NCBI GenBank assembly: GCA_008690995.1
Contig: VRMN01000015.1
Coordinates: 186,001 to 250,000, forward strand
From: Porphyridium purpureum
Lineage: Eukaryota
Direction of reading: 5' to 3'
DNA length: 64,000 nt
Positions 12,560 through 23,182 of this stretch are shown in pieces. The translations under genes were made by a program, and so were the position numbers. The notes under the pieces are model-generated. The model saw only the letters and a program-made list of their open reading frames with translations. It was not told the origin of the DNA and did no database searches. Positions within the stretch are counted from its first letter, which is position 1, and each line of letters begins with the position of its first letter.

Positions 12560-12920
12560 TACCGTCACGCAGCAATTCTTCCTTCTCAAAGGTTCTTCTT
12601 CTTCTTCAATTGACGGTTGCTCTCTTTTTACTTTTTTCCAATCTAGCCATCATACATGACACTTTATAGAATGCCGACTTCGCTCGAGGAAAAAACCCGC
12701 AGGTTTGAAAAACCTCTGCTTGTCGGCCACTTCACGACCATTTAACCGGTCGTGCAACAAAAGGATTCCATAAAAAACTTGTAAAATCAATTATGCTGCC
12801 CATTTAGGGGTAGCGTTGGCCAAGGGGCGCCGCGTCCTGTTTCTTATCGGTACTTGGTGTCGCGCCCTCTTTCTTGTCAGCACTTGGCGCAGCTCGTCTT
12901 GAGCCACCTGCTTTGACCGT
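12560..12920 (+). repeat. Dispersed repeat, copy B (homologous to 5395-5730)
   Basis: Same blocks as copy A in the same orientation. Has an internal ~30-bp duplication at ~12831-12890 and is followed by (gaccgtgcatgc) x~3. Confidence 0.85.
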
Positions 12921-14378
12921 GCATGCGACCGTGCATGCGACCGTGCACATTGGCAAGGTAAAAGAGTTTTACGCTGAAAGCCATCGTTCTTAAATTTCCG
13001 CTGTAAACGGACATTTAGGACAGGACAAACGGACCATCGCGATCACCACTTCGTCCAGCAGTAACCAAGCATAACGACAAGCATGCACGTATTTAATGAT
13101 GCAGAGAAGGCTGCGGAGAAGACACGTCGTGGATGAAGGGGAAGTGGAAAGTCTATGAGACTCCCTGTCCGTAAGCCGCGATTTAGAAAGTGAGTCGCAG
13201 TCGAGGAAATGAGCCACGGCTGTGGCTGTAAGCCACAGGTAACACTTTCTGCCGCATGTAAGGGGCTTCTGCCGTGGTCGGGAACAAACCAACTATATGG
13301 CAACCTCTATGACGCCTTGCTACTCTTTAGCTCGGCAAACAATTTAGACTGGATGTTTTCCGCCGGGTCAATTCCTGACGCCCTCGTAATCGCTAGTCGC
13401 TCTCGACAAGCGGTGTCTTTTTCATTTATTTTCTTACCACGTAATTCTTGCACGAGGTGGTCACTGTGCGCCCGGCTGCTGTGTATTGATGCCCGCAGAC
13501 GTGAACGAGCCCATGCGGCCCGAAACGCGCCCGCGTCTGGCGAAAGCGCACGTACGACACGACTTACCTCTTGGCACCCTCTGCCTTGGTAAACAAGTGT
13601 TCGGTCACTGACAGTTCTGGTCGGCTTTTATAACACACTTCCTTCTTGAAATTGCAGTTCTTGTTAGAAGATGCAAATGTAAACGCTATTTCTGTTGCGG
13701 TCCCGCAATAAAGGATGAAAGTCAAGGCCCCGCAAGGATTCGCACGCTACGCGAGAGTACCTGTCCGTAAACAATCTCTTCAAGGGCACTCCTACCAACT
13801 CCCTGCAATTCACAATCAGCAGCAACCCCTACCCGAGCGGCTGAATCCAAAACTTGCTAACGCGAGTTTCGTTGCCAAAGATCATTGCTGTTTTACTTTT
13901 GCAGTCTATTGATCCTAGTTTAACAACAGGGCCTTTGATAGGCCAGTTCTATTGCTCCAATTACCCCTCGAGGAAGACTGCCTAGCAAGAATTTGCCGCC
14001 GCGCGCCCCGTCACAAGTCCGCTCTTACGTGTCCGTCCCGTCTGCATAGCGCAAGCGAGCCCGCGACCATTCGACTTCAGCAGCGGCCCCACCCGTTTAG
14101 ACCTAGACCCTTCCAGGCAACATGCGTTTCCGCTGGGTCATGACGGCTCTCGTGCCGTCGCCCGCTTGTGCAGCCCACGTCAAGCTGTCCTGCAACATCG
14201 TGTCCGAACGCTGCACAACAAACCGCCACTTCCGGTGATTCCTTATGGAGTAAGGACATCGCGACGAAAAAGGTGGGCCGTACGAAAAAGGAGGCCGCAA
14301 AGTTACTTGCGTATGGTGAGGAGTGACGACGGCAGGGAAAAACGTGGGGTTTGTCGGGGGCGGCGTGAGAAGGACGGG

Positions 14379-14696
14379 ATGGCGCACGCGCAAGACGGGG
14401 AGCCGCAACTGGTGTTTGAGCCGCACCACAAGCGCGCATGGCGGGAGACGCTGGAGCGCGACCTCAAGGTGGAGGTGCTGCGCGGCACGCCAGGGCTCAG
14501 CTGGTGGGAGTACGCCGTGGGCATGCTCCAGCTGCTCTACTTCCGCTGGTCTGTCGCAACGGCCATTTTCATGTTGTATCCGCGCGAGGTCGTGGTCGTC
14601 AACTCGATCTACCTGTGCGTCCTCTTGGCGTCGCTCTACGCCCTGGGCCGCTCCATCGCCGCTTACTTCGCCGCCCGGACTTTCGCCGCGGGATGA
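14379..14696 (+). CDS. Small regulatory subunit of serine palmitoyltransferase (ssSPT/SPTSS family)
   Basis: LLYFRWSVATAIFMLYPREVVVVNSIYLCVLLASLY matches the ssSPT pattern Y..Y...T..YML.P.E...fNS followed by a hydrophobic helix. Confidence 0.75.
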   Translation: MAHAQDGEPQLVFEPHHKRAWRETLERDLKVEVLRGTPGLSWWEYAVGMLQLLYFRWSVATAIFMLYPREVVVVNSIYLCVLLASLYALGRSIAAYFAARTFAAG

Positions 14697-14871
14697 GGCG
14701 CGTGCATAATGCGTGGTCAGCGAGAAGAAAGCATTGCTGCGCGCAGTCTGGATCCAGAGCGTTCCTGCTCGGCTCCGAAAGAAGGAAGACCGATAAACTG
14801 CTTCATGTCATGTGACAGCACGCGGAGGCAGTTCAGTGCGAGCATGCTCGCCCAAGCTCCACATGCAAGTG

Positions 14872-15769
14872 GTCCGGCTCTGACGATGGGGACAGGGAGA
14901 CGCCAGGCACGGGCGGCACGAGGAAGAGGAGGCGCCGCTCCTGGGTGCACGAGTACTTCCAGCAGGATGAAAGGACCGCGGACTGGATTTGCAGACTGTG
15001 CATGGACCTCCAGGCGCGCGGCGAGGAAATCCATGACACCAAGGTCGCGCGGTACGCCGCCACCACCAGCACGTCGTCCATGGCGAGGCACCTGATATGC
15101 AAGCACAAAGTGTCCGGGCCGAACGGCGCCCCAGCCAGGTGGGCACAGTACATGATGGACGAGCCGCACCAGGAGCGCGTGGCCGTCGTGATTGCTGCCG
15201 GCTCGGCCGGAGCGGCGCCGGGTGCTGCCACAGCGCCGTCGTCGGCTGAGGACGGCAGTGGGCTGATTCAGGTCGTGACAGAAAGATCTGCAGCGACCAC
15301 ATTTCCTACGCACCCCGCCGAGACGCGCGCCCTTACCATGCCGCCACTGCCCAAGCCGCCCGTCATTCCAAAAGTGCCGCTCAAAATTGCGAAGCAAAAA
15401 CGGCCGCCGTTTGACGCGTCCGCAGGTGCGTTGCTGGTGATTGACGTGCAGAACTACTGCGCGGCGCCCGGTCGCGGGCTGAACGCGGGCAAGACAGCGG
15501 AAAATGATCCGTATTGGTTCCAGGCCATCGACAACATGAACGCGAATATTCGAGAGTTGTTGAGTGCGTTTAGGAAAAAGAAGTGCGAGGTGATTTATAC
15601 GGTGATCGAGAGTCTGACCAAGGACGGGCGCGACATGTCGCTCGACTACAAGCTGTCCGGCTTCCATGTTCCGCCAGGCAGCTCGGACGTGGAGATCCTG
15701 GTGGAGTGTCGCCCATGGCGCGAAACACCGAGGCGCGACCTGAACTTGGCACTGCAGCGCGACTCGTGA
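14872..15769 (+). pseudogene. Truncated inverted duplicate of the BED-isochorismatase gene
   Basis: 14872-15709 is the reverse complement of 19121-19957. It lacks the N-terminus and the catalytic Lys/Cys half, and runs into unrelated sequence to a stop at 15769. Confidence 0.9.
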
Positions 15770-16079
15770 AAGCGAAACTGGGACAAGATCTTCTCGGGCA
15801 CAGTGCTGCTTGCGCATTTTCGCTGGTCGGACATGACAACGGCGTTTGTATTATATTCCTGCTAGATGGTGGTGGACTATTCGATCTACGTGTGGGTCTC
15901 GATGGGGTTACTCTTTTTGAATCGCGCGGTCCATCTTTGAATTCTTTGCTGTCCGATTTCGCGTGACTGAATGATATTTCGTATCTGGCCATGCGCAAGG
16001 GGACAAATATTTGAGAGCGGCATTGATTCAGCGGTTTGCCGCGCGGCTTTGCGAAAAAGCGTCTTCGCACCTCTTTTTC

Positions 16080-17384
16080 TTACGTCGTGGCACGCGGAGG
16101 TCCTCCTGAGTGCGCCTGTGAGCCCCAGCTCCACATCCAAGGAACCACCGCTTGAGGTCGATCCAAGAACTCGTACTTGTCGTTGTAGAAAGAGGTGCTT
16201 GTTCCTCGCCATTCCGCGCCACTTTTGAAGGACGCGATCTGGATTTGGGCTGTACGCTTCAAGCGCTCGGTTTCGTACGCACGCAAACACTCCTGCACGA
16301 GGTGCGAATTATCAGGACTCGCGTTTACAAGCATTTGCGAGAGAACTGCGGCGTCTTCTAGGGCAAGGCACGCACCCTGACCATACGAAGGAAGCACGGC
16401 GTGCATCGAATCGCCCAGAAGCGTGGCTTGTGGGAACGTGCCTGTCCAAGACGCTTCAAAGGTTGGTTTTCGTGACAGGTTTCGGCTCACATACAAATCC
16501 CCTGGTGCCGTTGCATGTAGTAACGTGCGCATCATCTGCTTGTCCGAGTCCGAACCCGTAATGAGCGCTACAAGTGCATCGCGCGCGGCTGCATCGGAGC
16601 ACTCCTCAGGCACTTTCCATACCTCAGTGCCGAGCTTCTTGAGCAGGAGGTCGTGGTCCATTACAATCGCCCAGTACATCTGATCCTGCCCCACATCCAT
16701 GAAGGCAACAGAAAGCCCATCCTCACCGACGAGTCTCTTGATCACTGCCGCGCCCTCGGGGCAATATGTTGCCAGCTGTGGGTGCGCGCGTGAGCTGATA
16801 ACGGCGCGGAAAACCACACGCCCGGCGTCGATAATATCATCCGAAAGTTCCGATCTGTTGGCCATCGCAGGGGATCGCGGTTCAAGCAAAGCACGGGTAG
16901 AGCTTCGGATGCCGTCAGCACCAACCAGCAGATCCACTTCTACAATTTGTTGTGCGCTCCTACCTGCCTTTCCTTCAAACCTGACCTTGCACTTGCCGTC
17001 GTTACCGCCTTCAATGCCTGTAATGGCCCGGTCATAGACTACGCGACCAGCCGGCACGCGCTGCAAGAGCGCATCACGCAAGTCTCTCCAGGCCACCATA
17101 ACTGCACGCGCGTCTTCCGGAAACTGTTGTGGTACGGTGCGCTCGCCCACGAGCACTACTTTCTGCTCCGCACCGACTGCTTTTCCGTCCTTCTCCAACT
17201 CAACTTGCAATTGCCGCAGTGCGCGAATACCGTTCGGCCACAGCACCATCCCGGTGCCACTCTCTGCCGGCCCACGCCGGCGCTCATACACACGCACATC
17301 GAACTTGTCCGGATGCCGACACAACGACGAGGCCAGAGCCAGTCCACCAATACCACCGCCCACGACCGCTACCTTCAACAACAT
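16080..17384 (-). CDS. FAD-dependent aromatic monooxygenase (class A flavoprotein; salicylate hydroxylase / zeaxanthin epoxidase-like family)
   Basis: All three fingerprints present: VAVVGGGIGGL, LLVGADGIRS and LLGDSMHAVLPSYGQGACLALEDA. An upstream exon is possible. Confidence 0.9.
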   Translation of the reverse strand: MLLKVAVVGGGIGGLALASSLCRHPDKFDVRVYERRRGPAESGTGMVLWPNGIRALRQLQVELEKDGKAVGAEQKVVLVGERTVPQQFPEDARAVMVAWRDLRDALLQRVPAGRVVYDRAITGIEGGNDGKCKVRFEGKAGRSAQQIVEVDLLVGADGIRSSTRALLEPRSPAMANRSELSDDIIDAGRVVFRAVISSRAHPQLATYCPEGAAVIKRLVGEDGLSVAFMDVGQDQMYWAIVMDHDLLLKKLGTEVWKVPEECSDAAARDALVALITGSDSDKQMMRTLLHATAPGDLYVSRNLSRKPTFEASWTGTFPQATLLGDSMHAVLPSYGQGACLALEDAAVLSQMLVNASPDNSHLVQECLRAYETERLKRTAQIQIASFKSGAEWRGTSTSFYNDKYEFLDRPQAVVPWMWSWGSQAHSGGPPRATT

Positions 17385-18613
17385 GATCAACCACGTGCCT
17401 GACCGCAGGAAACGCTCACTGGTGTTTGATACGTCGCTACGGAAGATCCAACGCTGCGCCGCATTCGCGAGCGCACGCCGCTCTTGTCGAGATGCTCCCT
17501 TACAGAGACCGCTATTTGCTGTGTGAGCAAGCTGGAGTCACTTGTGTAAAATTACCTCGGCTGTTCAGAGCGCGTTGGAAGCAGCTCTTGCATCCGTAAA
17601 AATACGTCGGAGCGAGATGCCAACCGCACATTGAATTCGCATGTGTGCAGATTCTAGATGAATCTCGTACACTTCTATGGCATCGTTCTGCAGTTCTCAC
17701 TCGCCCGCCACGTGCATCTACATAGCAGCCTGCGCTCTACATGTAGTCCGAGGCCTCGCTCGAGAAAAAGAAAGGAATAAGGCAACAAAGTCGATGAAGA
17801 AAGTCTTCTTTTTCTGAATGACCGAGTCGACCATCTATCCACACTCCTGCTCAACTTCATCCGAGACAGGCAAAGGAAACAGGTCTCTCGGATTGCGTCG
17901 TCGTCCCTCGCAGCCGCACGTCCGACAGCGGACGAACAGAGTCCTTGTTCATATGGCGAAGAAGACGAGAGGTACCCGACTGGGCAAGGTTTCGTGATAA
18001 ATGTTCACTCGCAGCCACGGAGCCGTCCAAGGCGGAGAAATTGAGCCAAGCACCTCTGGCTTCTGGATGAAGCCGTGTGCTGAATTCCGGAGTCGGCGTC
18101 GCCAGATTGAGCAGGTTTCCGGAATCGTAGACTTTCCGTTCCCTAAGTTGGCAACCCGAGACGAACGGAGACGAACATTTTAGTGCCTTGCGACCCAATA
18201 AGCACTCCTCGCAAGCAGCCGCAAGTGACATGTGGCAGCAATGCGTCCAGAATCTTCACCTGTCGCGCCGCACCCCTCCGAAAGAAGCAAATATCACAGA
18301 GACATTGCAAACTGCCTGATGAGCAAACCTCCCTGACCAAGATTGTACGTGAGGGCCTCACGTGAAGAATGTAAACGGCTCGCGAAGCGTTCTGGATGAG
18401 AAAAAGTGTCTGACAGCCGAAGCTCACGAGCTGCTTATGTCATTTTCGTCGTGACGGGTCCCACAATTGATGCGCATCTGGTCGTTTTTCGAATCTTTCC
18501 CAGCACGCTCCAGAAGATAAGGCGACTCACCTGCCGCTTCACAAGGATGCGTGTTCTTCCCAGGAACCGGCTCTTTGTTCGCAGTCTTTCAAGCCGCATC
18601 TGGGTAGAAGTAC

Positions 18614-18615
18614 GT

Positions 18616-18654
<39 letters not shown>

Positions 18655-18670
18655 AGAGAGAGAGAGTGTG
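18614..18670. repeat. (GT)n/(GA)n microsatellite
   Basis: A gtgtgt... tract followed by gagaga.... Confidence 0.95.
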
Positions 18671-18819
18671 TTTAAGCGTACGAGTATCAGTCCATATTTA
18701 GATCGACATCGCCGGAGCGTAATTTAGTCCGGCCTGCTTTTCGATACTTTCTCACTAGCTTTTCGTCATGGGTTAGGAACGCCGCAGGTGTCTGCGGATC
18801 ACCTGAGCAGCTGCTCCCT

Positions 18820-20145
18820 TCAGGACTCGAGCTGCTCCAAAAGCTCGGCGGTTGTGCACACTTGGCCAAAGCCTCGGAGAGTGTTCTCGGCGGCCGCCTG
18901 CTTCGACTTGGAGTGCGCAGCCGTAGCGTCTGCGACGAGCGTGCAGTAATAACCGCGATCAGCGGCATCTCGCATTATACCCTCCACGCACTGGTTGGTG
19001 ACCACACCGGTCAGTGCAAGGTGCGAAACACCCAGGTTCCGAAGCACATAATCAATGTTTGTCGAGTTGAAGGCACTGTGAGACGTCTTGCGAAGCACCA
19101 GCTCGTCGTCGATCGGCGCAACACTCGCCAGGATCTCCGCGTCCGAGCTGCCTGGCGGAACATGGAAGCCGGACAGCTTGTAGTCGAGCGACATGTCGCG
19201 CCCGTCCTTGGTCAGACTCTCGATCACCGTGTAAATCACCTCGCACTTCTTTTTCCTAAACGCACTCAACAACTCTCGAATATTCGCGTTCATGTTGTCG
19301 ATGGCCTGGAACCAATACGGATCATTTTCTGCTGTCTTGCCCGCGTTCAGCCCGCGACCGGGCGCCGCGCAGTAGTTCTGCACGTCAATCACCAGCAACG
19401 CACCTGCGGACGCGTCAAACGGCGGCCGTTTTTGCTTCGCAATTTTGAGCGGCACTTTTGGAATGACGGGCGGCTTGGGCAGTGGCGGCATGGTAAGGGC
19501 GCGCGTCTCGGCGGGGTGCGTAGGAAATGTGGTCGCTGCAGATCTTTCTGTCACGACCTGAATCAGCCCACTGCCGTCCTCAGCCGACGACGGCGCTGTG
19601 GCAGCACCCGGCGCCGCTCCGGCCGAGCCGGCAGCAATCACGACGGCCACGCGCTCCTGGTGCGGCTCGTCCATCATGTACTGCGCCCACCTGGCTGGGG
19701 CGCCGTTCGGCCCGGACACTTTGTGCTTGCATATCAGGTGCCTCGCCATGGACGACGTGCTGGTGGTGGCGGCGTACCGCGCGACCTTGGTGTCATGGAT
19801 TTCCTCGCCGCGCGCCTGGAGGTCCATGCACAGTCTGCAAATCCAGTCCGCGGTCCTTTCATCCTGCTGGAAGTACTCGTGCACCCAGGAGCGGCGCCTC
19901 CTCTTCCTCGTGCCGCCCGTGCCTGGCGTCTCCTTGTCCATCTCGTCCGAGCCGGACATCTGCTGCGGATCGTCCTCCGCATCCCGGAGCTTTTCCTCCT
20001 TGTCCTTTGCGTCGTCCTGCGCAGCGCCGCCCTCCTGCTCCTCCTCCACGACCGGGCCCTCCTTCTTCATCCCCACTTCCTGCTCGCCACCAGACCCTTC
20101 CTCGCCCCCGTCGCCACCTCGACGACGCCCCTTCCTCTGAATCAT
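18820..20145 (-). CDS. BED zinc finger fused to an isochorismatase-family cysteine hydrolase
   Basis: BED: RRRRSWVHEYF..ICRLC..TSTSSMARHLICKH. Hydrolase triad: LLVIDVQN (Asp), VLRKTSHSAF (Lys) and GVVTNQCVEGIMRDAADRGY (Cys). One uninterrupted 441-aa ORF. Confidence 0.88.
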   Translation of the reverse strand: MIQRKGRRRGGDGGEEGSGGEQEVGMKKEGPVVEEEQEGGAAQDDAKDKEEKLRDAEDDPQQMSGSDEMDKETPGTGGTRKRRRRSWVHEYFQQDERTADWICRLCMDLQARGEEIHDTKVARYAATTSTSSMARHLICKHKVSGPNGAPARWAQYMMDEPHQERVAVVIAAGSAGAAPGAATAPSSAEDGSGLIQVVTERSAATTFPTHPAETRALTMPPLPKPPVIPKVPLKIAKQKRPPFDASAGALLVIDVQNYCAAPGRGLNAGKTAENDPYWFQAIDNMNANIRELLSAFRKKKCEVIYTVIESLTKDGRDMSLDYKLSGFHVPPGSSDAEILASVAPIDDELVLRKTSHSAFNSTNIDYVLRNLGVSHLALTGVVTNQCVEGIMRDAADRGYYCTLVADATAAHSKSKQAAAENTLRGFGQVCTTAELLEQLES

Positions 20146-20921
20146 TGCGCCACAAGCCCGTCAATAAATACCCGACCGATACCCACTCGCACCTCTGCAC
20201 CCACCCACACACCCCCACACCGCACCGCCGAAACTCCTCTCCAACTCTGCAAGTATATCTCTCTGCGACAACTCGTCGACGCACGCCACATCCACTCACA
20301 CACACACACACACACACACCCAACACACTCTTGCCCTTCCTCTCTCCCTGCTCTCTCCGTTCCCTCTCCCTTCTCCAAACCGCGCGCCTTTTTTCCCTTC
20401 CTTCCCGGCGCAAACCAACAAACCAAATAAACCAAATAAACCAACAAACCAACAAACCAAACAAACCAAAAAAAAGCGCGCGCCGTTTGTGCGAGAAATC
20501 ACAAACCCGCGCCGAAAAATGATCGCTCGGCTCGCGGCGCGTGCGCTCAACCGGCGCCGCTGCCGCTGGCGCTGCTGCGTGCGTGCACACGCGCGTTTTG
20601 CGCGCGCTCGCCGCTTCCGGCGCAAACGGGTTATCGGTTACTCGCCGCTTGCTATAACATTGAGCGATCTGCACTAGGACGGAGGGCTGGGCGCACAAAG
20701 CGGTTCAACGACCAGGTGGGTTACACGGTCTGACGGTTTGGGTAGTGTACAGCGATGGGTACACGTGGGCGATGTAGAGGTGTGTGGGGGTGTCTATGTG
20801 GATGGCATCAGTTTGATAGAGGAATGGAACGGGGGTAGTAAAACGGCGGTGGTTTAGTATATGTGGCTGTGCGGGAGGTGTACAGGTGGGTGTTCGGTGG
20901 AGGGGACGGGTGTAGGGTTTT

Positions 20922-23096
20922 TCAGGGTGCGGGTGGTGGGGGTAGTGCAGAGAAGATGCAGAGCGTGGTGGTGGGTTGGTTGTGGTGGGGCTGGAGCTCC
21001 TGAAGCATGACGAGAGCGAGCCATGCCGCGTCTGGGCCCCAGCACACCGCGTGCGTGGTGTGTCGCGTCGAGATAGGTACCATGCCTGGGCGTCCGCCGG
21101 GTGTTGCGCTGCTGCTATCGCTACTGTGACTGCTGCTGCTGCTTGCGGTAGGTTTGGTCGCGGCGGGCTCTAAAGTCCTCAGGTTAAGCTTACAAAGGGC
21201 GCGGAGCTTCTTGCGGTGCGCAATTTCAAGCAGCACGGCGCTCGAGTCAAACACATTCGCCACGTACACGCCGGCATCGTCCAGGCAGAATGCGCGTCCG
21301 CGCGCTCGCGTGCCGGCGGGATCCATGTGGCCAGTCCACTCGGCTGTATCGCCCTTCCTGCCGTTAGCACCGCCGCCGGCGCCATGATTATCATGATTCG
21401 GTGCTTCATCCCATGTCCACTCGTTCTGGCACTTGATTTTGCGCAAGTCCAACAGCTGCACTCCACGCGTGGTCGACACAACACACTGATACCCGTTCTC
21501 CGAAAACTGCATCGTCCGCAGCGTGCCGCTCGCCGAGCCTGACTTTGACACAGATATGCATGCTATTTCTTCGAGCATGGACACGTCCCAGAGACGCAGT
21601 GTGTCGTCGTCGCATCCGAACCCAAGAAGTTTTCCATCCGGGTGAAACGATACGCTCACATACTTGACATTCTCTTTCTGACACAACTTGGCAACTCGAC
21701 GCGCTGGCTCGGACGCACGCATTAGCCACAATGTGCAGTGCCCTTTCACATCCACGACAGCAAGCAGCTCATTCGTCGGATTGACGGCCAAGTCACACAC
21801 CGGACCTTGGCTCGCGTTGGGTATGGACCTGTGGGACGTCACGCCCAGGTCATTACTGTCATTCCTTTGCGCGGAGAGCTGCAAGAAGACAACCGAACCG
21901 TTCGAAAGGCCAATCATGAGCTGACTGCGGGAAAGTACGTGCGACGCCATACTGGACACGCTCGCGCCGTCTGACCATACATCGATAGATCGATGAAAGG
22001 CACCTAGCTCGACCTGTTCGAGATGTTGCGCGTCCACCAGATAAACTTGGATCTTTCCTGCGCACACGCTGCTTCCTAGCGCGATGTATACATTGTGACC
22101 CACCACAATCTGAGCACTGAAATCATATCTTCCTGGAATGTCCGCTTTGGCGGACGGCGCAAATGCTGTCACGTGATCGGCCCGCGTGAGCGAGTCGGGA
22201 AGCTTCCTGGCGCGGCGAGCTTCCATGAGTTCGTCATGTTTGATCGAAATACTGTTAAGAAGCGCCTCGGGCAGTGTTGCGATTTGGCTGGGCTCAATCC
22301 CCGCATCCTCTGTGTGCATCCCTTGTGGCTGCAATTGCGGTGAAGGCAATGCTTCTTCGTGCTCTTGTTCTTGAGCATCTGATCGCTCTGCAGGCATCTT
22401 TCCTAGTTCACGTTCTGGACGTTCCGGTGACACACCCGGCGGAGACCGTGGCATAAAGGCAGGTTTTTTGTTAAATGGTCCTTCTTGCTGCACAGAGCCC
22501 AGTGGAGCATCACGCTCTAGCTTGCGCTTTTCTCCCAGGCTTCCATTCGAGTTTGCGTTCAGCGCGAGAGGAGCTTGAGGCACGTCGCCTCGGAGCAATG
22601 CGTCTCGCGCAGCGAGCGCGTTGTCGCGCTCCCTGACAAGTCTGGCGATCACGCGCAGCGCGGCGTCCTTTTCAAACAGTGCGGTAGCAAGTTGCTTTTG
22701 CAGCATATCGAGCTGCTCCCTGTGCGCATGGGCTTCCAGCATCATCGCGTCCCATTCAGACTGGAGCGTTCTTAGAAGCTGCGGCAGCGATCCGCTCGCC
22801 ACGGTTCTCGGCGGGACCACCGATGGCACCATCAGTTCTGCATACGGCTCTTGCTGCTGCTGATACGGATGCTGATGATGATTTTCGTCCGACCCGCCCG
22901 CATGACCTATGCCACTCGACGAGCTCGACTGTCGGACTGCAATTAGCTCGCTAGTCTCCATGCGCTCGTTCGTGTGCGGACACAGCCCGCCAGACGCCGC
23001 CAGGTGCTTCATGATAAGGCGCTTCTCGTAAACATGTCCCGTGCGCTTGGACACCACGGGCTCCTGCGTCAGCGCCCCGCTGATTGAGCAGAACAT
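20922..23096 (-). CDS. PRP19: Pre-mRNA-processing factor 19 (U-box, coiled coil, WD40)
   Basis: U-box MFCSISG..PVVSKRTGHVYEKRLI; SLPQLLRTLQSEWDAMMLE..LATALFEKDAALRVIARL; WD40 motifs FHPDGKLLG, LRLWDV and FSENGY. Confidence 0.95.
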   Translation of the reverse strand: MFCSISGALTQEPVVSKRTGHVYEKRLIMKHLAASGGLCPHTNERMETSELIAVRQSSSSSGIGHAGGSDENHHQHPYQQQQEPYAELMVPSVVPPRTVASGSLPQLLRTLQSEWDAMMLEAHAHREQLDMLQKQLATALFEKDAALRVIARLVRERDNALAARDALLRGDVPQAPLALNANSNGSLGEKRKLERDAPLGSVQQEGPFNKKPAFMPRSPPGVSPERPERELGKMPAERSDAQEQEHEEALPSPQLQPQGMHTEDAGIEPSQIATLPEALLNSISIKHDELMEARRARKLPDSLTRADHVTAFAPSAKADIPGRYDFSAQIVVGHNVYIALGSSVCAGKIQVYLVDAQHLEQVELGAFHRSIDVWSDGASVSSMASHVLSRSQLMIGLSNGSVVFLQLSAQRNDSNDLGVTSHRSIPNASQGPVCDLAVNPTNELLAVVDVKGHCTLWLMRASEPARRVAKLCQKENVKYVSVSFHPDGKLLGFGCDDDTLRLWDVSMLEEIACISVSKSGSASGTLRTMQFSENGYQCVVSTTRGVQLLDLRKIKCQNEWTWDEAPNHDNHGAGGGANGRKGDTAEWTGHMDPAGTRARGRAFCLDDAGVYVANVFDSSAVLLEIAHRKKLRALCKLNLRTLEPAATKPTASSSSSHSSDSSSATPGGRPGMVPISTRHTTHAVCWGPDAAWLALVMLQELQPHHNQPTTTLCIFSALPPPPAP

Positions 23097-23182
23097 CGTA
23101 ACGATTCCTCTCGCCCGCACACACGAAACGTTGCGCGGCCTGCGTCGTTTCGTGCTTCACAAGCGAGCGCGAACAAGTCTCG

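Noticed and set aside
14872..19957. Inverted repeats as TIRs of a Pack-MULE-like element carrying the monooxygenase
   Set aside because: One arm is an internal part of an intact gene, and no target-site duplication is visible.
18862..20430. Long antisense ORFs (522 aa here; also 1894-2859, 14717-15817, 32705-33925, 42283-43503)
   Set aside because: Shadow ORFs opposite GC3-rich genes, with no recognisable motifs.
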